Positions 1-16,707 of a stretch of DNA of 64,000 nt are shown one piece after another. The stretch comes from Novakomyces olei. Taxonomy: Eukaryota. Position 1 is the first letter of the stretch; each line of letters opens with the position of its first letter. The stretch is from contig JADEYG010000009.1 in the NCBI GenBank assembly GCA_016906335.1, forward strand, positions 1,364,001-1,428,000, read 5' to 3'. The position numbers and the translations under genes are program-made. The notes below the pieces were generated by a model. That model did no database searches, was not told the DNA's origin, and saw only the letters and a program-made list of their open reading frames with translations.

Positions 1-1120
1 CACAATCTCGTCCAGTTCTCCTGACAAAAACAAGAAAGGCGGGCGCTTAAGGTTTCGAATAGCACGCTGGAATGTATTAGACTTTTATACAAAATATAGT
101 AATTGCTTACCTCGCTCTCCCATTTCTCGTGGCACAGCACTGTAAAAGGACGTGCGAGTGGGAGCACGCTTGAATTAGTAAATGGGACATGATTCAATAA
201 AGCCCTTTTCATTTTGACCTCTTTTCTCTAAACATTTTTGTTTTGACTTTTAATATAGAGTCTGCTTTCTGATTCTGATTCATTTCTTCACTTACACAGG
301 TATCATATTCGCCATTGACGTAAACGTATTCTCTAGAATAATGCCAGCAACCTTGTCGGGATTGCGGGCAGCAAGAGCAATAGCAAGAGCGCCTCCAATA
401 CTACTGCCATAAAGCACAATACGCGTATGGTCCACGTCTGACCGGGACCACAGATGGTCTAGGGCTGTCTGCGCATCATTGACGAGCCCTTTCTCTGAAG
501 GCACTCCCGTGCTTTTGCCATACCTGATGTGAGCAACATGTCCATGGCTGATTTTATTTTATTTTATAAAAGTATTTTATGTCGGATTCAATTTCGCTCT
601 TGACTTTTCGTCTATTTTTATCTAGTTTTGATTTTCCATTTTCGCTTTATTTGCGTCATACCCCCGATAGGACAAGAGAAACACGTTTGCTCCGATTGGA
701 TAGCTGTTTAGCGTACGTGCAATAGGCAGTCTGTGACCGATATTGCCCCCGTTCCCATGTAAAAGCAGAATAGTCGGCGCGTCACGACGCGTAGATGAGC
801 CTATAAAATAGCACGGAAGCCTCTCATGGTCGGGTGTGGTCAATGTAACCAATTCGTACCGCAAGCCGAAAGCGTCTGAATACCATAAGAATTTGGAATC
901 ACGCCAGCAAGGACCCTACCTGGCGTATCGACCTGGGTTCGTGATCCAGCGGGAAAGTTTGCAGGGTAGATAAGGCTCGCTTGAAAAGTGTACAGTAGCC
1001 CGACAGTGAGCGACAGAGCTTTGTGTATTAACAAAAAGATGCTTATTTGTACATTTAAGTTTATTCATGAGCCAACTTACCTGCGGCCGATCCAACTGCT
1101 AGCTTGTAAACAACGGACAT
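1..1120 (-). CDS. bem46: Alpha/beta hydrolase, BEM46/ABHD13 family; 3' end runs off the window
   Basis: Exons 1120-1081, 1018-920, 875-662, 523-296, 168-111, 66-<1 joined at GT..AG sites. Protein has an N-terminal TM, LIYPANFP, HGNGGNIGHR, SYRGYGKS, GSSIGGA nucleophile elbow, ENTFTS and LFLSGELDEIV. Confidence 0.9.
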
Positions 1121-1241
1121 TCTGGATTACAAATCGCTGTTTGCCGATTAAACAGTTTTGCATGTGCCCAAGGGTAAAGTCGTCCCCGTATTATGTGCCG
1201 CCGTCATGTCATCAAAGCGGAGTCGACGAGGAGTCCAGCGA

Positions 1242-1640
<399 letters not shown>

Positions 1641-1981
1641 TACCGTTCTACTGCTGCGCCCGCCCGCTACGACGGCCAGATCGCTCACAAAACAAGGCCA
1701 AGCGCGGGTCGTAAAGCCCTGCAGCAAAGTGTGCGCGCTGATCTGATTTGCAAAAAGCAGTCAGTTACGTTTTTAGCGCTTTGCAATTCCAATTTCGACA
1801 GCTCTACGAACCAATTACATTCGACGGCAATGTGGACACTCTCTTGTTTGGACGCTTAGCGTGGCCAGTCCGCTGCCGCCGCTATAGTCTGCATTGCTGC
1901 TGGACTGTTTGCCTTTTACACAGTGGCGATTGCAAGAGAATTGTTTATTTAATTGGAAAAGCACAGTGTTCCGCTTGGGCC

Positions 1982-3869
1982 ATGAGTTTCCCTCCTCCGT
2001 CGGCTGCCGCTCCTTCAAGCACCGCTCTGCCTTCCGGCTCAGCGGCTTTTGCTGTCGATCCACGATCACAGATTGCCGCGGCTGCTCACGGCCACGGCCA
2101 CAGCCACGGCCACCACGAGCCGACAGGCGCTCCGGGGTACTTTTTTCCGCCAAATGCTCCACACGTTTACCCGGGACAAGTGCCTGTAGCGCAACACGCT
2201 CAGGTCGTACAGCCTGTGCCAGAGGCGCAGGCTGCTGAGCAGTTTAGCGCTGCCAACGTCGGTGTTGAGCCCCGTATCGTTCAAGCACCACACCACCCTG
2301 CTGGCCTACCTTTTCGATCTGACCCTAACCCTAACCCTAACCCTCGTCAGTTTGCCGTACAGCAGCCGGCACTGGCGCCCCACCCTTCTACCCTGCCTCC
2401 TGCTGGCGTCGGCGGCAGTGGCCAGTTTAATACTGGCCTCGTGCACCCTCAAACATTTTACTCTACTCAAATTCACGACCCTGCGCAGCCGGGTCTTCAT
2501 AACTATTACCACTCTACTCAGCCGGCACTACTACAATCAAGTGCTGCGGGCACGACTGACCCGGCAGCTCAGGCCTTCAATGGTCCTGCAGCTTTGAATG
2601 CTCAAAGCTATGCTCAAACTGGGCCCGGCCAGCCTGCTGCTGCTCCGGCCCCTTGTCAGGAGGATGCTAATGCTGGCCAGAGCCTGCAAAGCACCAATCA
2701 AAATCGCAACGAAGCCTTGCAGGACGTTAACCACTGTACGAGCGAGCAAGTAAGCGAACTGGAAGCTGATCCTTATGCTTATGTGCCCCCACACGATGGG
2801 CAGCCGCACCTTGACCTGGCAAATTACCCGATAGCAGATCTTTTAGTAATGCTGGCTGCCTTGCTCAACAAGATTGCTACAGCCAATGATTCACTGCACA
2901 GAAAAATGCACCATCATCATCATCGCGACGCACACGGGGCCTCCTCCTCTGTCTTTGCTGCCCGTGATACTTCATTACTTGCCTTTCATGCACGTAATAT
3001 TCCCAGTATAACTATTCACGGCTACCTTGTTCGCATCCTGAAATACTGTCCCACAACGAACGAAGTATTTCTAAGCTTACTAATATATTTTGACCGAATG
3101 AGCCGGTTTGCTACTCACAATTTCGATGCGTCGTGCCCCTCATCGGAGCCTGAGAGCCAAAGGGAGAGGCGGCGGCGGAGGCAGACTACTGCAAGTTTGG
3201 AAGAGGACGCAGAGCCTTCTGACTCTTCTTCTATAAATTCACCACAGGTTGTTTTTGCCATTGATAGTTATAATGTTCATCGGCTCGTTATCGCTGGAAT
3301 CACTGCCGCATCAAAGTTTTTTTCCGACGTGTTTTACACTAATTCTCGCTATGCAAAGGTACGATTGGTAACTTTTATTTTTATCTTGTTTTTAAATAGA
3401 TTTGTTATTATTATTATTACTATAATTATTATTATTATTTTTTTTCATTTTTTCATTGTAATTTTTTCCCCTTTGTTTCAATACATGAGACTATGTGAAT
3501 GGCCAGAACTGCATGGGCATGTATTACCAGGACCGTAATACCAAGAATGTCTGCACAATTAGTCTTATCAGTTATTAATCATTTCTCGAATTATACTAAT
3601 TCAAGGTCGGTGGCCTTCCTCTCGGAGAACTTAATCATCTTGAACTGCAGTTTCTAGTAATGAACGATTTTCGGTTAATGGTTCCCCTGGAAGAAATGCA
3701 GCGGTACGGGGATCAACTGCTGCGGTTTTGGAAGGCAGAGAATAGCCAGACTGTACCAGCGCCTTTAAGCCCTCAATATTCCGAGTTGGAAAGTACTCAG
3801 CAATCGCCAGCTTCATCAGCTACACAGCAAGTTTCGCAAGCGTCGGGAACAGAGGACGCGCAGACATGA
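1982..3869 (+). CDS. Pho80/PCL6-7-type cyclin (Pho85 cyclin) with Q/P/A/H-rich N-terminus
   Basis: FHARNIPSITIHGYLVRILKYCPTTNEVFLSLLIYFDRM, NVHRLVIAGITAASKFFSDVFYTNSRYAK|VGGLPLGELNHLELQFL. Intron 3359-3605 (gtacga..tactaat..aag). Confidence 0.9.
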
Positions 3870-4434
3870 AACTGGTAGAGGATGGATTCAGGAAAGTTTG
3901 AAGGCGCTGTCGTCTTTGTATTATAATGATTATGATTAACATGAAATTTGATTGCTGTTTTGGAAACGCCGTTACAGCGTTCCTCTCTTTATATTTGTCT
4001 CTCGAATTGCCGCTTTATGCGCATAAACATACAGTGGAGAATGGCTGCTCTGTTTGTTTAATTTTCCTTTTATCAATTTATCGAGATATTTTATTGGATG
4101 CCTTTACACTTTTGTCTTTTTGCCGTGCCTTGACATTAGGGTTTCCCGCTTTGTTTTCACGAGCCGTACAGGGTTTAGCTGTGGCGTTGTATGATCATAG
4201 ATATATTGTAATAGCTAATAAATGTTCTCACCAAGAATGATACTGCACTGTGATGGTAAGCGTGCCTGAATGCTTGATCACTGTATTTTTTCGTATTAGT
4301 CACCATCGCTTTTAGCAATAAACCTATACAAGATTGCTTCCTTCTCCATGCAAACGTTGGAATTGCCACTGTAAAAAGAGCACCCACCGTCATGCGCGCC
4401 AAATACTACACAAAAATAAATACAAAAAAATTAT

Positions 4435-4452
4435 TAACCCTAACTAACCCTA
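4435..4452. promoter_or_regulatory. Telobox-like TAACCCTAAC TAACCCTA ~100 bp upstream of SVP26 (candidate Tbf1/Teb1-type site)
   Basis: Motif visible and recurs at other promoters (16858, 44840, 54231); the binding factor is inferred. Confidence 0.5.
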
Positions 4453-4550
4453 TAATTATCACGCGTATATTTATATTGTATGGGCAAGGAGCCCTATGAT
4501 GTATACAGTTTTGTACACACAGTGCACGTCAAATCCAGAAATCCAGCTGT

Positions 4551-5456
4551 ATGGCCCTCTTGAGCGTCCTTGCCGTGATCGGCACTCTCCTCGGGTTTAT
4601 ACTCTTGACTCTTTGCATTGGTAAGCGGCAAGAAGGCGAGTGCGCTAATGTACAGCGGCCGGGCTCGTGCACGTCTCCGAGTTCATTGAAGAGCATACAC
4701 AGCTTTCGCGACGATTACTCCAGCGGACAATATGGGTAAGAAAGACGAATGATCTTTGAAGATACAAGCCAATGAACAGAGTATAAAAGGGAAACAACAG
4801 CCATAACGGCAATCCTGAAATAAGGCACGAATTAAAAGAACAAGGACACAAATAAAATCAGGAAAAAATAGAAAATAGAAAAAAATAGAAAAAAATAAAA
4901 TAAAACAAAACAAAAAATGGCACGCATTTCTAACAGTCAGGCTGTAATAGGGCTCCTTGTAGCCCTTTGCGTGGTTGACCGACTGCCAGTGTGGCTGGTG
5001 CTTTTGAGCATATTTAGTCACTGGGTCTATTCTCTTCATTTGCGTACTTTCCCCGTGATCCCTGTTGTATCGCCCTTGGCGCTTGCTTCCCTGGTACTCG
5101 TGGTGTTGAACCATATACTCTGGTTCCGTTACTTCAACGCGGTGAATCGTGAAGCAATGGCTTATAATTATGGATCTCTGTACGGAGCTGAGCCGGCTGT
5201 TTCCTTTCGACAGGTTGCGTCCTTTTTCTCTATTTGTGTATGGCTTGTGCCTTGCACGCTATTCGTGTCGGTGAGCACTGGAGAGATGACACTTCCTATC
5301 ATTGGATCAGACGGGGTCCGTATTGAGCCCGAGTCTCAGAGATCTTCGGGACTTGTGAAGCAGATATACAAGAAAATGGGAGAGTATGTAGAGCGCTTGC
5401 TCGAAGCCGTGGGCTGGGATGAACGGGGTCTTTCCCGTGAAAGTCGTTTTGTATAG
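4551..5456 (+). CDS. SVP26: SVP26/TEX261 family ER-Golgi membrane adaptor
   Basis: Exons 4551-4620, 4656-4735, 4941-5456 (35-nt first intron). AAGLVHVSEFIEEHT, LNHILWFRYF, QVASFFSICVWLVP..FVSVS.GEMTLP. Confidence 0.9.
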
Positions 5457-5945
5457 ATGTGAAAAGTGGTTTCGAACAAGTGGCAGTCTGTGCATGAATA
5501 ATCAGTTTATAATTTGTGAATGAATAAACACATAAACAGGAAAAACTGGATGCTTTTCCATTATAAAGGTACAATACCACTCTTTATAGTCTACAACTCG
5601 ATTAGTCTATCTCTATCATACACAAGATATTATTTGTTGCCGCCTTTGCGCGAATAAATATCCTTTACGCTCGCCTGCCACAGGCTTCCCATTGTTTAAC
5701 AACAAGGAGAACGTGAGTTTCGAATACGCCTAGCAGGCTTTAACCGATTAGAAGAGCCAAACCTTTTGTTACAAGAAGGCCTTATACACTCGCCATCTGT
5801 GAGACTGTCGATTTGAAAAGTTCAAGACTGGCGTTGTACATACAATAGCAACAAAACTGCTAAACTTTTCCAGGGATCAGATATACTCCATTCAACGGGC
5901 CTAAAACTTTCGCTTTACTTTGAATTTGATACCCTTCTATCTAGT

Positions 5946-8258
5946 CTAATGCTCCACACTCCAAACACGAATAAACGAATTTAAAAACCTTTGTTCATCG
6001 GCCGAGACAGCAAGCTCCTCTGCTTCCTCCAATTGCCAGACTCTTAGCCCGATCAACGCATGAGCCAGGCGGGCAAAGCAGTTGTCGTGATCACGCCTAA
6101 AAGTAGCACTCGCAATGCATCCTGCCTTTAGGGTTACATGAGCCATTATCCCACCGGCATCGACGTCCACAGAAAAGGCGGGAGTCGCACCATAGACCCA
6201 ATCGTCAGACGCAAGTTGCTCCATCGTATCGCGGACAAGGAGCAAGGACTCTGGTGTACAAGTAATATGGCTCACACTGGCTCCCGGATATTGGCGCCGT
6301 AGGCCTCTTGTCAAAATTGCACAAAAAAGAGAGTGAGGGATACGGATATTGGCAACAGGGCTCCTTACACTAGCAATACCTCCGGCTTGGTGAATACTGT
6401 CAGCCATTGGACTGTGCAGGAACCTTCCAAGCTCATGTAAATTGCAGTTTAAAAGCATTGTAGCGTGGTGATAAGCTCCGACTTTGGCCAGTTTAAAGGC
6501 AGAGCCAGAGACTTTAAAACCCCGTGGACCCGTAACGAGATCGTGACGCTCATTGACTCGGACGTCAATTCCAGCACGTTGCAATTCCTGTGCAAATAAT
6601 TGTCCATAATAATCACGATCAAAGGCATTACGGGGCATCATTACACAGAAGTTTGTGTTCTCCAGATCATGAAAGACGGTGCCGCCGCCGCTGAACCTGC
6701 GTACAAGAGGGATATTGCTCTTGTTTATCAGTGGCAAGTTGCACTCCTTCCAAGGGTTTTGGTTGCGGCCGATAACAACACAGGCAGAATTGCGGTAAAT
6801 AAACAGGATTCTTTCCGATTCACGGTGCCGGTGCAGATAGTCTTCGTAAGCCAGATTGAACAGTGGATCGGTCGAGTCGGAAATAACGATTTCTGCATTG
6901 CCCTTTGCAGGAGTCGTAGAGTCATAGAATGTAGAGTAATGACGACACAGAAAAGTGTCAGAATTAGTGCAAAGGTTTATCGAGTGCAGCCTTGATAGAG
7001 AGCTCGATCTGGAGACAGAGCTGACGGAGGAGAAATGCCTTTGGCCTGCAGACTGGCCGATTGTACGGGCCAGGGGCGTTGAGGTATGAACCGTTGATCT
7101 GGCAGGCTGCTTCCAGGCTGCCTTTGGCTCAGAACCAATTTGTTTTAATTTTTTATCCAAAAAACGAGTTGAAAAAGGCCGTGGAAAGAACCGTCTTGGG
7201 CAAGGTTCGTACAGAAACATAGCCCGCTCATACGCCCTTTTGTAAGAGTCGCTAGACTCTGTGATGCCAGTGCCGGCAAACACTATTCCTTTGAGCCAGT
7301 CAAGGTTCCGTGTCCATACAGGGCAGCCGTTTGAATGCGCAAGCATATCGAGGAACTGGCTCTTCCACCGCCGACAGTGGTCGCTGCCGGCTTTAAATCG
7401 TGTGGGAATACGGTCGTTTTGCGAGTCTGGAGAGCCAAGTGTTTGACTTGAACCAATACTTGAGGCTTTCCCATTACGATGGCTCTTTGTATGTGAGCCC
7501 TTACCATCACAAGTACTCGAGTCCACACTGAGCTGCACTAAAACTGCCGGGACTGGCTCTCGGAAGGCTATGGAGCCATTAGACGTTTTGATCAACTCGC
7601 AAGTCTCTGAAAATACGCTCAAATAAGCTCGACGCCAGCGCCGAGCGATGCCTGGGAAATGCCTTTCCATACGTGCAGACTGAGCGATTGACAGCCCTCC
7701 AGCTGCTCCTCTTTGTAAGCGGTCTATAAGGAAAGGCGACAGAGGCGGCCGAATGGCTTCCATAATCTTCTCAAACACCTTCCACTCGTGCTTGGCCCAT
7801 CTTTGCAAGGGAAAAGGCGCACCAACAGAGGCAGCATTATGGACAAATGGAACTCTTGATATTGTCACCGTTCTAGCCAGCTTTTCAAGGATGGGCGGGT
7901 ACACGGGAGGCCTGGAGTGTGGCATTGAGGCAATGTATGGAGCGGCCGCTTCAACAGGTTCCATAAGTAAAAGCTTCAGGAGCGAAGTGCGCCTCGAGCC
8001 CGGCGCGGCTCCGTAAGCCTGTGCCAGTAAAGGCCGCAGAGTTTTTGGCTGACCAGAGATTACATCCTTTATAAACCGCACACGCTGACGAGCCCGGCGT
8101 ATATGCACACACGCGTATCGCTCATCGATCCACGTTTTGCGAGTTCGAAAGCCGTTACGAATCTGTGCGGCCAAAAAGTTACGGACCAGCTCGTCTTCAA
8201 CACAGGCCGCATGACGTAACAAGTTTCGGTATAGCTGAAGAGCTTCTGATTGGCGCAT
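5946..8258 (-). CDS. 770-aa fusion ORF: N-terminal LYR-motif domain + unknown middle region + C-terminal lipoate-protein ligase A/lipoyltransferase (Aim22/Lip3-like)
   Basis: N-terminus ALQLYRNLLRHA..QIRNGFR (LYR..F signature). From aa ~456: DPLFNLAYEDYL, VVIGRNQNPWKE, RRFSGGGTVFHD, KVSGSAFK, HHATML. No stop codon between the two parts. Confidence 0.85.
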   Translation of the reverse strand: MRQSEALQLYRNLLRHAACVEDELVRNFLAAQIRNGFRTRKTWIDERYACVHIRRARQRVRFIKDVISGQPKTLRPLLAQAYGAAPGSRRTSLLKLLLMEPVEAAAPYIASMPHSRPPVYPPILEKLARTVTISRVPFVHNAASVGAPFPLQRWAKHEWKVFEKIMEAIRPPLSPFLIDRLQRGAAGGLSIAQSARMERHFPGIARRWRRAYLSVFSETCELIKTSNGSIAFREPVPAVLVQLSVDSSTCDGKGSHTKSHRNGKASSIGSSQTLGSPDSQNDRIPTRFKAGSDHCRRWKSQFLDMLAHSNGCPVWTRNLDWLKGIVFAGTGITESSDSYKRAYERAMFLYEPCPRRFFPRPFSTRFLDKKLKQIGSEPKAAWKQPARSTVHTSTPLARTIGQSAGQRHFSSVSSVSRSSSLSRLHSINLCTNSDTFLCRHYSTFYDSTTPAKGNAEIVISDSTDPLFNLAYEDYLHRHRESERILFIYRNSACVVIGRNQNPWKECNLPLINKSNIPLVRRFSGGGTVFHDLENTNFCVMMPRNAFDRDYYGQLFAQELQRAGIDVRVNERHDLVTGPRGFKVSGSAFKLAKVGAYHHATMLLNCNLHELGRFLHSPMADSIHQAGGIASVRSPVANIRIPHSLFCAILTRGLRRQYPGASVSHITCTPESLLLVRDTMEQLASDDWVYGATPAFSVDVDAGGIMAHVTLKAGCIASATFRRDHDNCFARLAHALIGLRVWQLEEAEELAVSADEQRFLNSFIRVWSVEH

Positions 8259-8330
8259 TGCTGCTGTTATAATGCATATTGCGCTGCGATTGGGCGCGCG
8301 ACTGAGCAGGACATGAGTGCCAGTCCAGAA

Positions 8331-8530
8331 AATTAGTTAATTAATTAATTATTTAATAAATGTTTATTTAATTAATAAATTGTTTATTCATTTATTCATT
8401 TATTCATTTATCTCTTCATTTATTTGTCATTTATTATTTATTATTCATTATTCATTATTCATTATTCATTATTCATTATTCATTATTCATTATTCATTAT
8501 TCATTATTCATTATTCATTATTCATTTATA
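8331..8530. repeat. AT-rich block with (ATTCATT)n 7-mer array in the divergent promoter of the LYR-LplA gene and TRS130
   Basis: Directly visible. Confidence 0.95.
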
Positions 8531-8658
8531 GGTAGAATGCGCTTGCAACGCCTTTTACATGACACCAATATGGCCTTCAGCAACTCTTACAGTTGCTGCT
8601 AAACGTCGAGTCTTGAACAGACGCGTGCGCGTTTGCGCGCACGCGTTTTTTGATTAAT

Positions 8659-13371
<4,713 letters not shown>

Positions 13372-13429
13372 TTATAGTGGCCCATACCGGCTCTCCTCTG
13401 CCTATTGATATCCTCATATAATAATACAT

Positions 13430-13560
13430 TTATTCTTATATTTATTTTCTTTTATTTTTTATTCTTCTATTTTTTATTCTTCTATTTTTTATTCTTATAT
13501 TTTTTATTCTTACATTTTTAATTCTTACAAATTATTATTCTTACAAATTATTATTCTTAA
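13430..13560. repeat. Degenerate T-rich tandem repeats (TTTTTATTCTTCTA / TTATTCTTACAAATTA) between the TRS130 and RPS28 3' ends
   Basis: Directly visible. Confidence 0.85.
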
Positions 13561-13814
13561 AGGCTTTACTGTAGCTTCCATAGAGCCTTTAGACTCAATA
13601 ATCTTACGGCACTTTGTACACTCGTACGCGACATGCTTGTACGTGAGATATTGGCATTAAATAATGTTTGACAATACGGGGGTGTGCATATCTCTGATAT
13701 GCGCTAGTGCACAGTGGGTATACACTTGATGCAAATGTAGTCCTCAATCAGACAGACAATTGTGTTGCGAATGGAGATCGATTTAGTAGAATGACAGACA
13801 AAACCGGTTCCTGC

Positions 13815-14068
13815 TTATCGCAAACGGCGTGCCTCGCGCTCAGACTCGAGCAGACACAGGATATCATCTTCGCGAACGGGTCCCTTTCACATTAGAATCG
13901 AATCCAAATTATATCATTGTATATACGCACCTTCACGTTGCGAACGATCGAGCGGCTCACATCGTCCATAAACTCGACACGTACTTGTGTAACACCGCCA
14001 CGGGAACCAGTGCGGCCCAGTACTTTGGTGACTTTTGCAAGCTTTACGGGTGCTTTTGCAGAGTCCAT
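13815..14068 (-). CDS. RPS28: 40S ribosomal protein eS28
   Basis: [68 protein letters not shown]. Intron 13884-13930. Not in the ORF track. Confidence 0.97.
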
Positions 14069-14119
14069 TGTGTATTGTTTGATGTTGCTGTGCTCAAGCG
14101 TCGGTCTAGTTTATCGACA

Positions 14120-14139
14120 TGTGACTGCTACCCTACCCT
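14120..14139 (-). promoter_or_regulatory. HomolD (TGTGACTG 14120-14127) + HomolE (ACCCTACCCT 14130-14139) ribosomal-protein promoter elements
   Basis: Exact matches to the S. pombe HomolD/HomolE consensus, ~50 bp upstream of the RPS28 ATG. Confidence 0.9.
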
Positions 14140-14409
14140 AATTTTATACTGATAGTGAGCGTTACCATTATACGTGTAATATTTAAACACTAAATTATTA
14201 TTATTCAAATTATTCATAAATATTATTTATTATTATTATTATTATTAACATTATTTATTATTATTATTGACATTATTTATCAATATTATTAATATTATTT
14301 ATTTTATATAACCTGACGCAGATCATAGACGACTAATGACAGTGCAATTATAGTATGTTGCCGTTTTGCTAAACAGTACCATAGTCATTGCGCAGACTCG
14401 CGATGCGGT

Positions 14410-15529
14410 ATGGAACTTCCTCAAGTAAAAGGCGCCACCCTTGATGAATTGCGTCTTGGCCTTGATAAAGTGGCATTGGCCCCGTCAGCTTTTGATCTTG
14501 GGCGGTTGCGCGATAGCGTTTCTGATCGAGAAGCAATACAGTGGCTCACGGCCATAGTCGCTTCACCGTTAGAGCAGCTAACGCCCGAGCAACGTGAGCA
14601 TATTATAGACGCTGCTAGTACGCGTATCGCCGAGCGTTGTGGGCGCGATGCCGCTCCGTCTATGCTGCGCGATTTTACGATTGAGTGTGGTGGGTCCAAG
14701 GTGCAATTGCGGCTGCAAGAGCCGCAATTGACCTACGAAACTCTTGGGTTCAAGACTTGGGGTAAGCTTGAATTGGTTATACAATAAACCAGAATTGAAA
14801 TAGAAAGCAAACCGGTTTATACACAAGTTTTACCTGTATCTTGTTATTCCTATCTTTTATTTTTATTTTTATTTTTTATTTTTTATTTTTGATGCTGCTC
14901 TTTTGTAAGCATACTTAAATAAAGGTGCCGCCTACCATCTTGCGTGTAACGCATTCGCACTTGGGCTCGGGAGAGATGCAAAAGCTGTAGAGCTGGGATC
15001 CGGGACCGGATTGGCAGGAATGGCCTTGGCCGCTTTGCTGCATTGGCAGGTCATCATGACTGATATAGCGGCAATTGTACCAAATTTACAGTCGAATGCT
15101 GAACTAAATAAAGAACAAATAAACCACAGCGGAGGCCGCGTGAGTGTGCAGGAACTGGACTGGGTGAAGTTTCACAAAATGATTAGCGGCAAAGGCGGGA
15201 ATGATTTCGGCGACGAGGACAATATTATTAGCAAGGAGCATGTAACAGATAACGTCGATGGTGTCATTGTCTGTGATTGCGTATATGAATTGAAACACGC
15301 TCAAATATTGCCGCCTATAATTTCGTATCTAACTCGAAACAGCCGCAATCCGTTTATTGTCGTTTGCTGGCCAGAACGCGACACACATCAAAAGGAAATA
15401 ATGGTTTTCCAACAAGGCCTTTTAGAGATTGGATTGCAGCTCAAAAAAATAGCACGGCAAGAAGGATGGGATGATTGGAACGCACCCGTCAATTTTGTTA
15501 TCGCCGTCTATGCCCGCGTTTCAAATTAG
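14410..15529 (+). CDS. Seven-beta-strand protein-lysine N-methyltransferase (Efm2/Rrg1/METTL21-like)
   Basis: Intron 14762-14924. RIAERCGRDAAP, LGFKTWGAA, VELGSGTGLAG (SAM motif I), MTD, ELDW, CDCVY. Confidence 0.85.
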
Positions 15530-15909
15530 TTTGAATGGTAGATTAATTTTATCCATTTGTTCTGGCTCTGGACAACTAACTGGTCCAAATAAAATGTCCC
15601 GTACGAGTCAAGGATATACGCTTTTTTACGTTGCCTATACTTTGCAGAAATCACGTTTAATTCAACGGCCACTAAACAAATTTAAACCAAAGGTTATAGT
15701 CTCACAACACATCTGTAAAACTTCATTACCGTGCGTGCTGCGTGGTACATTGAAGGATTTACTGCTATTGCCCCAGACTGCTAAAGTGCATGTCCATATA
15801 TTAGTATCATGTAATAATGTAATATTATGTGCCGTGCTAAATACAGGCTTATTCTGTATGAACTATTATTAGGAGGACAGCAATATATGAGCAATACACA
15901 GACTGTGTT

Positions 15910-15934
15910 AGGGTAGGGTTAGACCGCAGTAACA
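15910..15934 (+). promoter_or_regulatory. HomolE (AGGGTAGGGT 15910-15919) + HomolD variant (CAGTAACA 15927-15934) upstream of RPS25
   Basis: Exact HomolE; HomolD with one mismatch; ~60 bp before the ATG. Confidence 0.8.
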
Positions 15935-15994
15935 AATGGTATACCAACAAGCGCAACCACACGAATTGACCCACAACCAAAAAGCTAAATCAAG

Positions 15995-16305
15995 ATGGTA
16001 AGATTGGTGGTACAGAAGCGAGGCTAACTGCTTAGGCTGAGGGCAAAGGAAAGAAGAAGTGGTCTAAGGGCAAAGTTAAGGAGCGCAGCCAAAACGCCGT
16101 TCTTCCCGATAAAACGCTGGTTGACCGTATCAACAAAGAGGTCCCCGGTTTCCGATTCGTCTCTGTCTCAATTCTTGTCGACCGGTTCAAGATCAATGGT
16201 TCACTTGCACGCGTCGCTATCCACGACTTGCAAAGCCGCGGTATAATCCGCGAAATCGAGAACCATCATTCTCAAAAGATCTACACCCGTGGAGGTACCG
16301 AGTAA
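15995..16305 (+). CDS. RPS25: 40S ribosomal protein eS25
   Basis: ATG-only first coding exon, 38-nt intron 15998-16035, then AEGKGKKKWSKGKVK..INKEVP..VSILVDRFKINGSLARVAI..IYTR. Not in the ORF track. Confidence 0.97.
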
Positions 16306-16707
16306 TGGACAAGCATAATTAATATCATTGCACATGTTTTCATTGAGGCATTTGTATCAGCTGAATCTATTGTCATTGTAATGCCTTTTTCCTGTTTGAA
16401 TACATATCCGTGAATGACGGGCTGCGTCGAATTTGTAAGCATAGCTGCACAAGTGTCCGGCCAAGATTGTACGCCCGGTTGCTACTAGTAGCTTCTGCTT
16501 CATTGGCTATAATCGCCATTGACAAATTCTTTGCTTGTACTTTTTAGGTCTATCCAGTGGAGCCAGCTGAACCTCCTAGTCTCATTTCCTGCTTTTTGTG
16601 CGTGCTCCATGTCGGATAATGTAAGATTTAACCTTATAATTTCGGCCACTATTGCGTCGTTATGAATTTGCCTTTCTATTAGTGTCATACATGCTTGCTA
16701 ATAATAA

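Noticed and set aside
8550-8558. GCCTTTTAC resembling U5 snRNA loop 1
   Set aside because: The flanks do not form the closing stem and no Sm site follows.
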